From: Opitutus sp. GAS368
Lineage (GTDB): Bacteria; Verrucomicrobiota; Verrucomicrobiia; Opitutales; Opitutaceae
Assembly: GCA_945861645.1 (NCBI GenBank)
Contig: CAMAVZ010000037.1
Span: 1 to 15,019, forward strand
Direction of reading: 5' to 3'
Length of the DNA: 15,019 bases
In this document: in pieces, positions 7,096 to 15,019 of the stretch
Position numbering within the stretch: position 1 is the stretch's first letter
How the letters are laid out: each line of letters begins with the position of its first letter
Program-made: the position numbers and the translations under genes
The notes under the pieces: generated by a model
Database searches by the model: none
What the model saw: the letters and a program-made list of their open reading frames with translations, nothing else
What the model was told of the DNA's origin: nothing

Positions 7096-8868
7096 ATGGA
7101 AAAACGTCCGTTCAGTGAGCTCGGCATTTCGCCGGAAATTTTAAAGGCAGTCGACAAGATGGGTTTCGAGGAAGCCTCGCCCATTCAGACCGCCGTCATT
7201 CCGTTTGCCCTCGCTGGGCGGGACGTCGTGGGTCAGTCCGCGACCGGCTCCGGTAAGACCGCCGCTTTTGCGATTCCCGCGATCGAGAAAGTCGATCCCC
7301 GGTTGCGCAAAGTGCAGGTCCTCGTGCTCTGCCCTACGCGGGAGCTGGCCGTGCAAGTTTCCGAAGAGTTTGGCAAATTGGCTTTCTTTAAGAAAGGCGT
7401 GATGGAGGTGCCAATCTACGGCGGGCAAAGTTATGAGCGCCAATTCCGCGCCCTCGCGGCGGGCGCGCAGGTGGTCATCGGCACGCCGGGGCGGGTGATG
7501 GATCACATGGAGCGGGGAACGCTGCAGTTGGATGCCCTCAAGGTGATCATTCTCGATGAGGCGGATCGTATGCTTGATATGGGTTTCCGCGACGACATTG
7601 AGCACATTTTAAAATCCGTCCCAGCGCAGCGCCAGTGTTTATTCTTCTCGGCGACGATGCCGCGCATGATTCAAGAATTGATCAAGCGCTACACGCGGGA
7701 GCCGGAGTGGATTCGCATTGAGTCGCTCGCGCAAAATGCCCCGCAGGTGGAACAGATTTATTTTGAAGTCGATCGGCGTTCCAAGATTGAGCTGCTGACG
7801 CGCCTCATTGATTTGCACGATTTCCGCTTCGGCATCGTTTTCTGTAGCACCAAGATCATGGTTGATGAACTGGATGATCATTTGCACGCGCGGGGTTATT
7901 CGACGGACCGTTTGCACGGTGATATCACGCAAGCCACGCGCACGCGCGTGATGGATAAATTTCGGCGCCGCGGGTTTGAGTTTCTCATCGCGACGGATGT
8001 CGCGGCGCGCGGCCTCGATGTCGACGATCTCGAGGTGGTTTTTAATTTTGATTTACCGAATGACGCGGAAGATTACACGCACCGGATTGGCCGCACCGGC
8101 CGCGCGGGCAAGAAGGGCATGGCCTTCACGTTTGTGGCGGGGCGCGAGCTCTACAAAATGCAGAATATGATCCATTATGGTCGGATCAAAATCCGCCGGG
8201 AGCGGGTGCCATCGCTGGACGAAGTGGAAGAGGCCAAGGGCAATGTATTTTTCGAGAAGTTGAAGGCGACGTTGGATGCCAAGAAATTCCGTTCGCACGA
8301 TCAGATGATTGATCGGCTGTTGGAGCAGGGTTACACGAGTACGGATATTGCCTCCGCGTTGATCCATTTGACGCAAGGTGATGCCGCTGAACCAGTGAAG
8401 CCACCGACGAAGCCCAAAGCCGAGCGCGTGGCGGCCAACGAAAATTATAGCCCCGCGCCGGCGGCCCCTGCCGCTCCGGTCGTTCGCCGCGCCCCCCCGC
8501 CGTCCGCGGCCCTCGTCGGCAGGGTCGAGCGGAAGCCGCTGCCGCCGGCGCCGAAGTCTGGCGATAAATTTGCGGCCCAGAAGCGTACGTATGAGCGCAA
8601 AGCGCGCACGGGCCACGAACCCGGTTTCACGCCGGTCGCCTTTAATATTGGGCGACAGCATTTGGTGACGCCGGCGGATCTCGTGGGTAAAATCGCGGGA
8701 GTCACGCGTTTGCCGGCGAGCATTGTGGGCGCGATCGATATTCACGAAGACCATACCCACATTGATGTGGCCGATGAGCACGTGGCCGCCGTGGTGGCCA
8801 AGCTCGCGGGGATTCGGGTGAAAAACCAATCGCTGAAAGTGACCGTGGTGCCGTCGGGTGCCGCGTAA
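7096..8868 (+). CDS. deaD: DEAD-box RNA helicase, DeaD/CsdA-like, with C-terminal DbpA-type RNA-binding domain
   Basis: ASPIQ, SATGSGKT, PTRELA, TPGRV, DEAD, SAT, ARGLD, HRIGRTGRAG; Pro/Ala linker; C-terminal FNIGRQHLVTPADLVGKIA...VGAIDIHEDHTHIDV typical of the DbpA RBD. Confidence 0.92.
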   Translation: MEKRPFSELGISPEILKAVDKMGFEEASPIQTAVIPFALAGRDVVGQSATGSGKTAAFAIPAIEKVDPRLRKVQVLVLCPTRELAVQVSEEFGKLAFFKKGVMEVPIYGGQSYERQFRALAAGAQVVIGTPGRVMDHMERGTLQLDALKVIILDEADRMLDMGFRDDIEHILKSVPAQRQCLFFSATMPRMIQELIKRYTREPEWIRIESLAQNAPQVEQIYFEVDRRSKIELLTRLIDLHDFRFGIVFCSTKIMVDELDDHLHARGYSTDRLHGDITQATRTRVMDKFRRRGFEFLIATDVAARGLDVDDLEVVFNFDLPNDAEDYTHRIGRTGRAGKKGMAFTFVAGRELYKMQNMIHYGRIKIRRERVPSLDEVEEAKGNVFFEKLKATLDAKKFRSHDQMIDRLLEQGYTSTDIASALIHLTQGDAAEPVKPPTKPKAERVAANENYSPAPAAPAAPVVRRAPPPSAALVGRVERKPLPPAPKSGDKFAAQKRTYERKARTGHEPGFTPVAFNIGRQHLVTPADLVGKIAGVTRLPASIVGAIDIHEDHTHIDVADEHVAAVVAKLAGIRVKNQSLKVTVVPSGAA

Positions 8869-8893
8869 GTAGCCGGGGTCGGGCTGAAACTCA

Positions 8894-8927
8894 GCGCCAA
8901 CCGCGCGCCGCGGCCGCGGGTTGGCGC
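8894..8927. terminator. GC-rich hairpin after deaD
   Basis: GCGCCAACC 8894-8902 pairs with GGTTGGCGC 8919-8927, with further internal GC pairing; no U-tract. Confidence 0.4.
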
Positions 8928-8932
8928 GCTAC

Positions 8933-8962
8933 TTGACAGGGCTAGGAGGGGCTGCTTATTTT
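8933..8962 (+). promoter_or_regulatory. Probable sigma70-type promoter of the HNH gene
   Basis: Consensus TTGACA 8933-8938, 18-nt spacer, TATTTT 8957-8962; ATG at 8979. Confidence 0.5.
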
Positions 8963-8978
8963 TCTGGTCTTGTCGTCT

Positions 8979-9596
8979 ATGGAAGTCGTGCTCGATCAAC
9001 CGGTGCTCGTCTTGAACCGCCTGTGGCAGGCGGTGAATATTATTGGCGCGCGCCGCGCCTTTGCCCTGCTGGCCCGCGAGCACGCGCAAGTGGTGCATCA
9101 AACCGAGGAGGCCTTTCAGACTTACTCGCTCTTGGATTGGATTGATTTCTCCGCCTTTAATCCGCCGATCGAGGCGCTGGAAACGGTGCGAACGATCAAT
9201 CGTAATATTCGGCTGCCGCGGGTGATTTTACTGACTTATTTTGATAAATTACCGTGCAAAGAATTAAAGCTGACGCGCAGTAATGTTTTTGAGCGGGACA
9301 GCGATAAATGCCAATATTGCGGCCACGCCTTCGAGCGGGAGTTGCTCAATTTAGATCATGTGATTCCCCGGCATTACGGCGGCAAGACGACGTGGGACAA
9401 TATCGTGTGCTCCTGCATCAAGTGCAATTCGCGCAAAGCCAACCGCCTGCCGCACGAAGCCCACATGCGCCTGATTAGAAAACCGGTGCGGCCAAAATGG
9501 CGGCCGATTATTTCTTTGGTCATCGGCAATCACCGCCACGAAAAATGGAAGGATTTTCTCGACGTCGCTTACTGGAACGTAGAGCTGGAGGAATAA
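8979..9596 (+). CDS. HNH endonuclease family protein (McrA-like HNH domain, Zn-binding)
   Basis: N-terminal VLVLN, then VFERD..KCQYCG, LDHVIPRHYGGKTTWDNIVCSCIKCNSRK. ATG 8979 is preferred to TTG 8970. Confidence 0.9.
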   Translation: MEVVLDQPVLVLNRLWQAVNIIGARRAFALLAREHAQVVHQTEEAFQTYSLLDWIDFSAFNPPIEALETVRTINRNIRLPRVILLTYFDKLPCKELKLTRSNVFERDSDKCQYCGHAFERELLNLDHVIPRHYGGKTTWDNIVCSCIKCNSRKANRLPHEAHMRLIRKPVRPKWRPIISLVIGNHRHEKWKDFLDVAYWNVELEE

Positions 9597-9629
9597 GTTC
9601 CGCGGGCTGGTCGCGGCGGACGCGCTCAA

Positions 9630-11354
9630 CTAGGCCGGCAGCAACGGCAAGGTGAGTCGCATGGTGGTACCCTGCGGTCCGGTGGCCGCCAAAGTGAGTT
9701 CGCCTTGGTGGTCCTTCATGATGCGCTGCGCAATCGCGAGGCCGAGGCCGGTGCCATCGGCGCGCCCTGAGAGAAATGATTCAAAAATTCGCGGTTGAAT
9801 GGCGGCGGGGATGCCGCTGCCAGTGTCAGTAAGCTCGAGTTGCAATCGCGGGCCCGCCACCGAATGGCGAAGGGTGAGGTGGCCACCTTGGGGCATCGCT
9901 TGCACGGCATTGAGCACGAGATTGAGCAACACCTGCTGCAACTGCCCTTTGTTGCCGTTGAGGTATAAGGCCCGCTCCGGGTTCGTGTAATGCCATTGCA
10001 CATTGGCCTGCGCGAGTTTGGCGCGGAGGAGTACGAGGGTGTCATCAAGAATTTCGCTGAGCGCCCAGCGGGCGTGCAGGGCCGAGGAGACGCGGCCGAA
10101 GGAAAGCACGCGCGTGACGATAGTTTCGAGCTGAGCGATTTTATCCGTGATCACCTCGAGGTCGCGGCGGCGGGGATCGGCGGGGTTGAAATCAAGACCG
10201 AGGGTGCCGTGGAGCAATTTAATCACGGTGAGGGGATTGCGGATCTCGTGGGCAATTTCAGCGGCGAGCAGGCCGAGCGTGGTCAGGGTTTCATTTTTTC
10301 GGAGCACTTCCTCCGTGTGAAATATCCGCGCATAGAGGCGGGCGTTTTGTAGAGCGACGGCGGCGAAACTGGCGAGGGCGGTCGCGAGGCGCTTTTCGTC
10401 GTCATTAAAACGATGAGCTTGATCGTAGAAAATAGTGAGCACGCCGGTGGGTAAACCATCCAGCATGAGGGGGGCAGCTAAGGCGGAGCACAGGGTGCGA
10501 TCGCGGGGGAGATCGCCGGCTTCGCTGTAACCAGGGCCATCGATATTTTGAAATTCCATGACCTTGCCGGAGCGAATGACGGCGGCGAGTAATGCAAGAT
10601 CAACGGATACGGTGGCGGGGGGCAGCGTGAGGCGCGCGGCGGCCAAATCGCCCGTGGCTGTCCACGCATGCAGGCGCAGTTCGCGGCGCGTGGGATCGTA
10701 GTCGTGCAACAGGCAGAGGCGGGCGTTGAAAAGCGAGCGACCGCTTTGGGTGAGGGTCGCGAGGAGTTCTTCGGGGGCGAGTTGGGTGACGAGCGAGTGC
10801 CCCAATTCTACGAGGGTGGTGAGCTGCGTGGCATTGGACCGCAACCGCTCCAATTGCCACAGGCGGTGGAGCACGGCGCCGGCCTCATCAGCAAAACGCT
10901 GGAGGCGAGCGAGCGCGGACTCATCGAAAGCGCCGCGACGATCAGCATCGAGATTGATGACGCCGATGGTTCGACCTTTGGCGATTAAGGGCGCCGCCAT
11001 CTCGCAGCGCACGCCGGGCCGCGCGGCGATGTAACGAATTTCGGCGGCTACATCGGGGACGAGTAGGGGTTTAGCGTGGAGAGCAACCCAGCCCGTAATG
11101 CCTTGGCCGGGGCGGAGCGCAAATTTGCCGGCGTCGGCCGGCAGACCTTGTTGCACACTAATTTCCAGCTGACCACTCTCCGCGCTGAGCAAAGCCAACG
11201 AGCCGCTGTCAGCCGGAAAGGCCTCCATGATGATTGCCAAAATGTCGCGTTGCGCGGTGGTCGCTGCCGTGGCGCGGACGGCGAGCGAGGCGAGGCGATA
11301 AAGCACGGCCGCATCGGCGGCCATCATGGCTTGGGTCGTGGACGCCGAGCTCAT
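9630..11354 (-). CDS. Cytoplasmic sensor histidine kinase, GAF-GAF-HisKA-HATPase
   Basis: GAF signatures GQGITGWVA...PLLVPDV...EMAAPL...IGVINLD...AFD and SALAAPL...GVLTIF...RFNDDE. H-box AHEIRNPL, N-box QVLLNLVLNAVQAM, G1 DTGSGI, F-box IFESF, G2 GTGLGL. No obvious transmembrane helix. Confidence 0.92.
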   Translation of the reverse strand: MSSASTTQAMMAADAAVLYRLASLAVRATAATTAQRDILAIIMEAFPADSGSLALLSAESGQLEISVQQGLPADAGKFALRPGQGITGWVALHAKPLLVPDVAAEIRYIAARPGVRCEMAAPLIAKGRTIGVINLDADRRGAFDESALARLQRFADEAGAVLHRLWQLERLRSNATQLTTLVELGHSLVTQLAPEELLATLTQSGRSLFNARLCLLHDYDPTRRELRLHAWTATGDLAAARLTLPPATVSVDLALLAAVIRSGKVMEFQNIDGPGYSEAGDLPRDRTLCSALAAPLMLDGLPTGVLTIFYDQAHRFNDDEKRLATALASFAAVALQNARLYARIFHTEEVLRKNETLTTLGLLAAEIAHEIRNPLTVIKLLHGTLGLDFNPADPRRRDLEVITDKIAQLETIVTRVLSFGRVSSALHARWALSEILDDTLVLLRAKLAQANVQWHYTNPERALYLNGNKGQLQQVLLNLVLNAVQAMPQGGHLTLRHSVAGPRLQLELTDTGSGIPAAIQPRIFESFLSGRADGTGLGLAIAQRIMKDHQGELTLAATGPQGTTMRLTLPLLPA

Positions 11355-11491
11355 CAGTCAGCTTGCTCCGGGACTGCGGTACGCAGCAGTCCGGTCTGTT
11401 TGTTAAAAATAGTTAAGCCCGATACCATGCTAAAAAACTAGGAGAAGGAGGCCGTGATTCGCAACCCGCGATCTTCCGCTGACCGTCAGGG

Positions 11492-14281
11492 CTAGGCGAC
11501 CGGTAGCGGCGTGATGATCGCGCGGAGAGTGTCGCAGAGGGCGTGCAGGCGGGCCGTATCGACGGTCGGGCTGGGTTGGTCGGGCTCAATGTAGAACGTA
11601 TCAATCGCGACGCTCCGCTCCGTGCTGATGCGGGCAAACGTGGTGTCGTAACCATGGTCCGAGATGGCTTTGACGAGCTGGTAGAGCAGACCAATTTGAT
11701 CGTGCGCTTGAATTTCCACGATGATGCGGTTGAGCGAGAGCTCATGGTAGACCTCGACGGTGGGGGGGAAGCTTGCGGGGATGGCTTGGGTGGGCGCGAG
11801 ATAGCGAGTAGCATCGGCAAATTTTTTGGCTTGGGTCGCGATCGCCGGCAGCAGATCGCGATTATTCATCAACGCGGCCTCCACGGTGGCCGCGAAGGTC
11901 TCCATCGCTGGTTGGCTTTGGACGAGGCCGCGCCCCGGTTCGACAATATGAAACGTATCGATCGCGATGTGGTCGGAGCGCGTCGTGATGCGGGCAGAGA
12001 GAATACTGAGGCCCGCGACGCTGAAGGCGCCGGCTAATTTATAAAACAGCCCCGCCCGATCCCAAGTCACGACGTGGACCGTGGTGTAACTGCGATTAAT
12101 ATCATCCTGCCATTCGATGATGGGTCGCAATGCCCCGACCGATTCAGCGGCCGCAATGGACTGGAGCAGTCGATGCACCATCTGGAGGTGCAAAGTGATT
12201 TCTGGCGCTTCGGTCTGGGTGAAATAGCGCTCCGGCAATAAATTAAAATGGGCGGTGATTTCATCCGGGCTGATGCCGGGAATCGTCTGGGCGATGAGGC
12301 TTTGCCGGGTCATTTCCTTCAGCTCCCGCAGTCGGAGTTCGACGGTGTCGCCGAGCGTGAGACGCTCAAGGGTGCGATCAAATAGCGTGCGGTGCAGCGA
12401 ATCTTTGTAGCCATTCCAGAGGCTCGCCGAAGTCCCATTAGCATCGCAGAATGTGTGCACGAAGAGATAGCGCAACCGATCGGGGTCGCCGATAATTTCA
12501 GCAAAGGCCGTTGCCGTTTGGGGATCATCGAGATCGTGCTTCTGCCAGAAGCGTGCCATCACGAGGTGATTTTTAATGATAAAATTCACGACCGCTTGGC
12601 TGCCGGCATCAATTTGGAAACGCCTTAAAACATCGGCCGCGATGACGACCCCGCTTTCGGCGTGGCCCTGAATACCCTGGCCCTTGCCGATATCGTGGAG
12701 GAGCAGAATGAGATAAAGGAGGCTGGGTTGAGCGGTCTGGTGGAGTTCGTCGCGGTATTTTTCGGCGCTTGGACCCGTGGGGGTGAAAAGATTATCGAGC
12801 TCGCGAATGGCGCTGAGGGTATGAATATCAGCGGTGTAGCGGTGATAATATTCGTGTTGGACCAGGCAGGTCAGCGGTTTGAACTCGGGGAGGAAGCGAC
12901 TGAGCACGCCCAGTTCGTGCATCAAGGCGAGGGCGGGATAGACGCGGCCGCTTGCTTCCAGCAGGGTGCGGAAGCTCAGATTGGCCTCGGGTGACGCGAT
13001 AATTTTTTTGGTAATTAATTTCAGTGAACCGCGAATCAGCGCGGCTAAGTCGACCTCTGGGGTGCACTCGAGTTGTTGGCAGTGGCGGAAGACGCGAATG
13101 AGGCGGACGGGATCATCTTGGAAGATCGTGGGGCTTTCCGCGGCGAGTTCGCGGCCGCGGACAATAAAGCCATCGAGGCGCTTCGTGCGTTCGGAGCGGC
13201 GCGCAAGGAGCAGATTTTTCAAGGAGCCAACGAAGCCGGGCCGAGCCGCAATAGTCAGGGCGAGGCGCTGTTCGATGATTTTCGAGATCCGGTAGATGAT
13301 TTGGGCGTGGCCATAATAATCCTGCATGAAGGCCTCGACCCGATCCAACATGGCGGGTTGGGCGTAGCCGAGGTTAGCGGCGAGGCGCGGTTGAATTTCC
13401 AAATTGAGTACATCGGTGGGATGTTTGCTCATGTAATGCAGTTCATTGCGGACGCGGAGCAGGAAATTGTAAGCGCGGGTGAAGTCGCGCAATTCACCCG
13501 CTTGGAGGTAACGCTGGTCGACGAGTTCATCGAGTCGGGTGACGCCGAGACGCACGCGTGCCATCCAGAGGGCATTCTGATAATCGCGGAGCGCGCCGAC
13601 GCCATTTTTAAGATCAGGCTCCTGCATGAAAACCGTGTCGCCGTGTTGCAGGCGGCGGCTGCCTTGATCCGTGAGGCGGGCGGCGATGTAGCCTTTGGGG
13701 TTTTCCGTCAGGTAATGTTGGCGGTAGGTGGTCGCAAAATTTTCGTAAAGTGATTCCGAGCCCGCGATCAGCCGCGCTTCGAGCAAGGAAGTTTTGGTGC
13801 GAATGTCGCGGCCAGCTTCGGCGAAGACCTCGGTGAGCGTGCGGGTGGAGTGGCCGATTTTTAGGCGCAGGTCCCAGAGCGGATAAAGAATTTCGTTGGA
13901 GAGATGCTCTTGAAATTTTACGAGGTCCTTGGCTTTCGCCGTGCTCGGGTAGAGGAACATCACATCGATATCACTCAGGGGATTGAGTTCGCTGCGGCCA
14001 TAACCGCCCAGGCCGATTAAGCAGACGGGGGTGGGGGGCTCGCCGCGTTGCTGCCGCCACGATTCCAAGCCGTAGGCAAATAGGGGTTGGAGGAGTCGGT
14101 CGACCTTAGTGGCGATCGCCGCGACAATTTTTTGGCCCGGCTCGCCCGCTTGGTGTTTGGCCTGAATCCGTTCACCTTCCGTTTTGAGATAGGCCTGACA
14201 AGCGGCCAGCCGTTCTGCGGCGGTGCTGGCGTTGGTAAACGCGGGTAGATGACGAGAAGAAGGAGAAGGGCGGCCGGCCAT
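11492..14281 (-). CDS. glnD: [Protein-PII] uridylyltransferase/uridylyl-removing enzyme (~929 aa)
   Basis: NTase GGYGRSELNPLSDIDV, EPDLKNGVGALRD, HD domain (YHRYTADIHT; LLHDIGKG), two ACT domains (DRAGLF; DQIGLL). ATG 14281 is preferred because the ORF-track start at 14395 overlaps the divergent gene. Confidence 0.95.
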   Translation of the reverse strand: MAGRPSPSSRHLPAFTNASTAAERLAACQAYLKTEGERIQAKHQAGEPGQKIVAAIATKVDRLLQPLFAYGLESWRQQRGEPPTPVCLIGLGGYGRSELNPLSDIDVMFLYPSTAKAKDLVKFQEHLSNEILYPLWDLRLKIGHSTRTLTEVFAEAGRDIRTKTSLLEARLIAGSESLYENFATTYRQHYLTENPKGYIAARLTDQGSRRLQHGDTVFMQEPDLKNGVGALRDYQNALWMARVRLGVTRLDELVDQRYLQAGELRDFTRAYNFLLRVRNELHYMSKHPTDVLNLEIQPRLAANLGYAQPAMLDRVEAFMQDYYGHAQIIYRISKIIEQRLALTIAARPGFVGSLKNLLLARRSERTKRLDGFIVRGRELAAESPTIFQDDPVRLIRVFRHCQQLECTPEVDLAALIRGSLKLITKKIIASPEANLSFRTLLEASGRVYPALALMHELGVLSRFLPEFKPLTCLVQHEYYHRYTADIHTLSAIRELDNLFTPTGPSAEKYRDELHQTAQPSLLYLILLLHDIGKGQGIQGHAESGVVIAADVLRRFQIDAGSQAVVNFIIKNHLVMARFWQKHDLDDPQTATAFAEIIGDPDRLRYLFVHTFCDANGTSASLWNGYKDSLHRTLFDRTLERLTLGDTVELRLRELKEMTRQSLIAQTIPGISPDEITAHFNLLPERYFTQTEAPEITLHLQMVHRLLQSIAAAESVGALRPIIEWQDDINRSYTTVHVVTWDRAGLFYKLAGAFSVAGLSILSARITTRSDHIAIDTFHIVEPGRGLVQSQPAMETFAATVEAALMNNRDLLPAIATQAKKFADATRYLAPTQAIPASFPPTVEVYHELSLNRIIVEIQAHDQIGLLYQLVKAISDHGYDTTFARISTERSVAIDTFYIEPDQPSPTVDTARLHALCDTLRAIITPLPVA

Positions 14282-14381
14282 GGGAAGGCCTACATGTACC
14301 GAGCAACGAGCGAGGGGGAAGCTGGAAATACTGGAGGTAAACAGTTCTTGCCGCCGCGCGGGCGATGGAAAACCTGCAGGC

Positions 14382-14846
14382 ATGATTGGCGGCATAGATC
14401 ACCTTAACATTGTCGTGGCAGATTTGCCTCGCTCGCTGGCGTTTTATGGTGGGCTCTTCGGCTTTGTGCAGACGAAAGAGGCTTACCTAGAAGGCCCTTG
14501 GATTGATCAGATTGTGGGTCTCACCGGAGTGAAGGCTCACGCCGTGTTTATCGTTTCGCCGGGCGGTGAGCCGCGGATTGAGCTTTTGCAATATCTCGCC
14601 CCCGCGGGTTTGGCGCTGGCAGAAAATTCTCGCGCGAATACGCGAGGGCTCCGGCATTTTGCCCTGCGCATTTCTAATCTCACGGCCCTCGTCGCTCGCC
14701 TCCGGGCGGCTGGGGTGGAGGTCTGGGGTGAGCCCACCGACGTCCCGAGAGGCGTGGTGGCTTTCGATCAAGGCATCAGCAATAAGCGGTTGGTTTACTG
14801 CCTCGATCCCGATGGGGTCATTGTCGAGTTAGCGGAGTACCAGTAA
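14382..14846 (+). CDS. VOC (glyoxalase/bleomycin-resistance/dioxygenase) family protein
   Basis: MIGGIDHLNIVVADLPRSLAFY, IELLQY, GLRHFALRI, YCLDPDGVIVEL (His/Glu/His/Glu metal-ligand pattern). Start taken at ATG 14382. Confidence 0.9.
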   Translation: MIGGIDHLNIVVADLPRSLAFYGGLFGFVQTKEAYLEGPWIDQIVGLTGVKAHAVFIVSPGGEPRIELLQYLAPAGLALAENSRANTRGLRHFALRISNLTALVARLRAAGVEVWGEPTDVPRGVVAFDQGISNKRLVYCLDPDGVIVELAEYQ

Positions 14847-14901
14847 GCTCAATCATGATAGGCAAGAGTGAGGGCTAAAAATTGGCTCTAGAATAATCTC
14901 A

Positions 14902-14929
14902 TTGACGGGTAAATCGGGAGTCGAATACT
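14902..14929 (+). promoter_or_regulatory. Probable sigma70-type promoter of the tRNA
   Basis: TTGACG 14902-14907, 16-nt spacer, AATACT 14924-14929; tRNA starts at 14941. Confidence 0.5.
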
Positions 14930-14940
14930 CCTCCTCTCTC

Positions 14941-15016
<76 letters not shown>

Positions 15017-15019
15017 TTT

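Noticed and set aside
8053-8829. 258-aa antisense ORF in deaD (likewise 13073..13753 in glnD)
   Set aside because: Typical antisense open frames of high-GC genes with no recognisable motifs.
8979-9596. HNH gene as part of a defence system or homing element
   Set aside because: No methyltransferase, cas, retron, intron or other defence partner; flanked by housekeeping genes.
11413-11428. Sigma54 promoter for the kinase (minus-strand TGGTAT-CGGGC-TTAA)
   Set aside because: The conserved GC at -12 is replaced by AA.
14280-14395. Extended overlapping N-termini of glnD (14395) and the VOC gene (14280)
   Set aside because: The extensions show no family features; ATGs at 14281 and 14382 give a normal 100-bp divergent gap.

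Overview
GC-rich bacterial housekeeping region. An Opitutaceae/Verrucomicrobia-like origin is only my impression from gene style and was not checked. Order: 5' part of a large-type purL (minus strand, runs off the left edge, missing from the ORF track), then divergent purF-purM. Next come two back-to-back DEAD-box RNA helicases (RhlE-like minus, DeaD/CsdA-like plus), an HNH endonuclease, a soluble GAF-GAF histidine kinase and glnD (both minus), a VOC/glyoxalase protein and tRNA-Gly(GCC). No transposase, integrase or CRISPR array is visible. The unexplained signals are intergenic. (1) A 20-unit degenerate pentamer array with (G/T)AG-NN spacing plus a perfect 12-bp inverted repeat lie between the two helicases. 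(2) A multi-stem candidate RNA lies directly upstream of purF. (3) The purM-rhlE convergent spacer holds five different short-period (6-10 bp) repeat families side by side.
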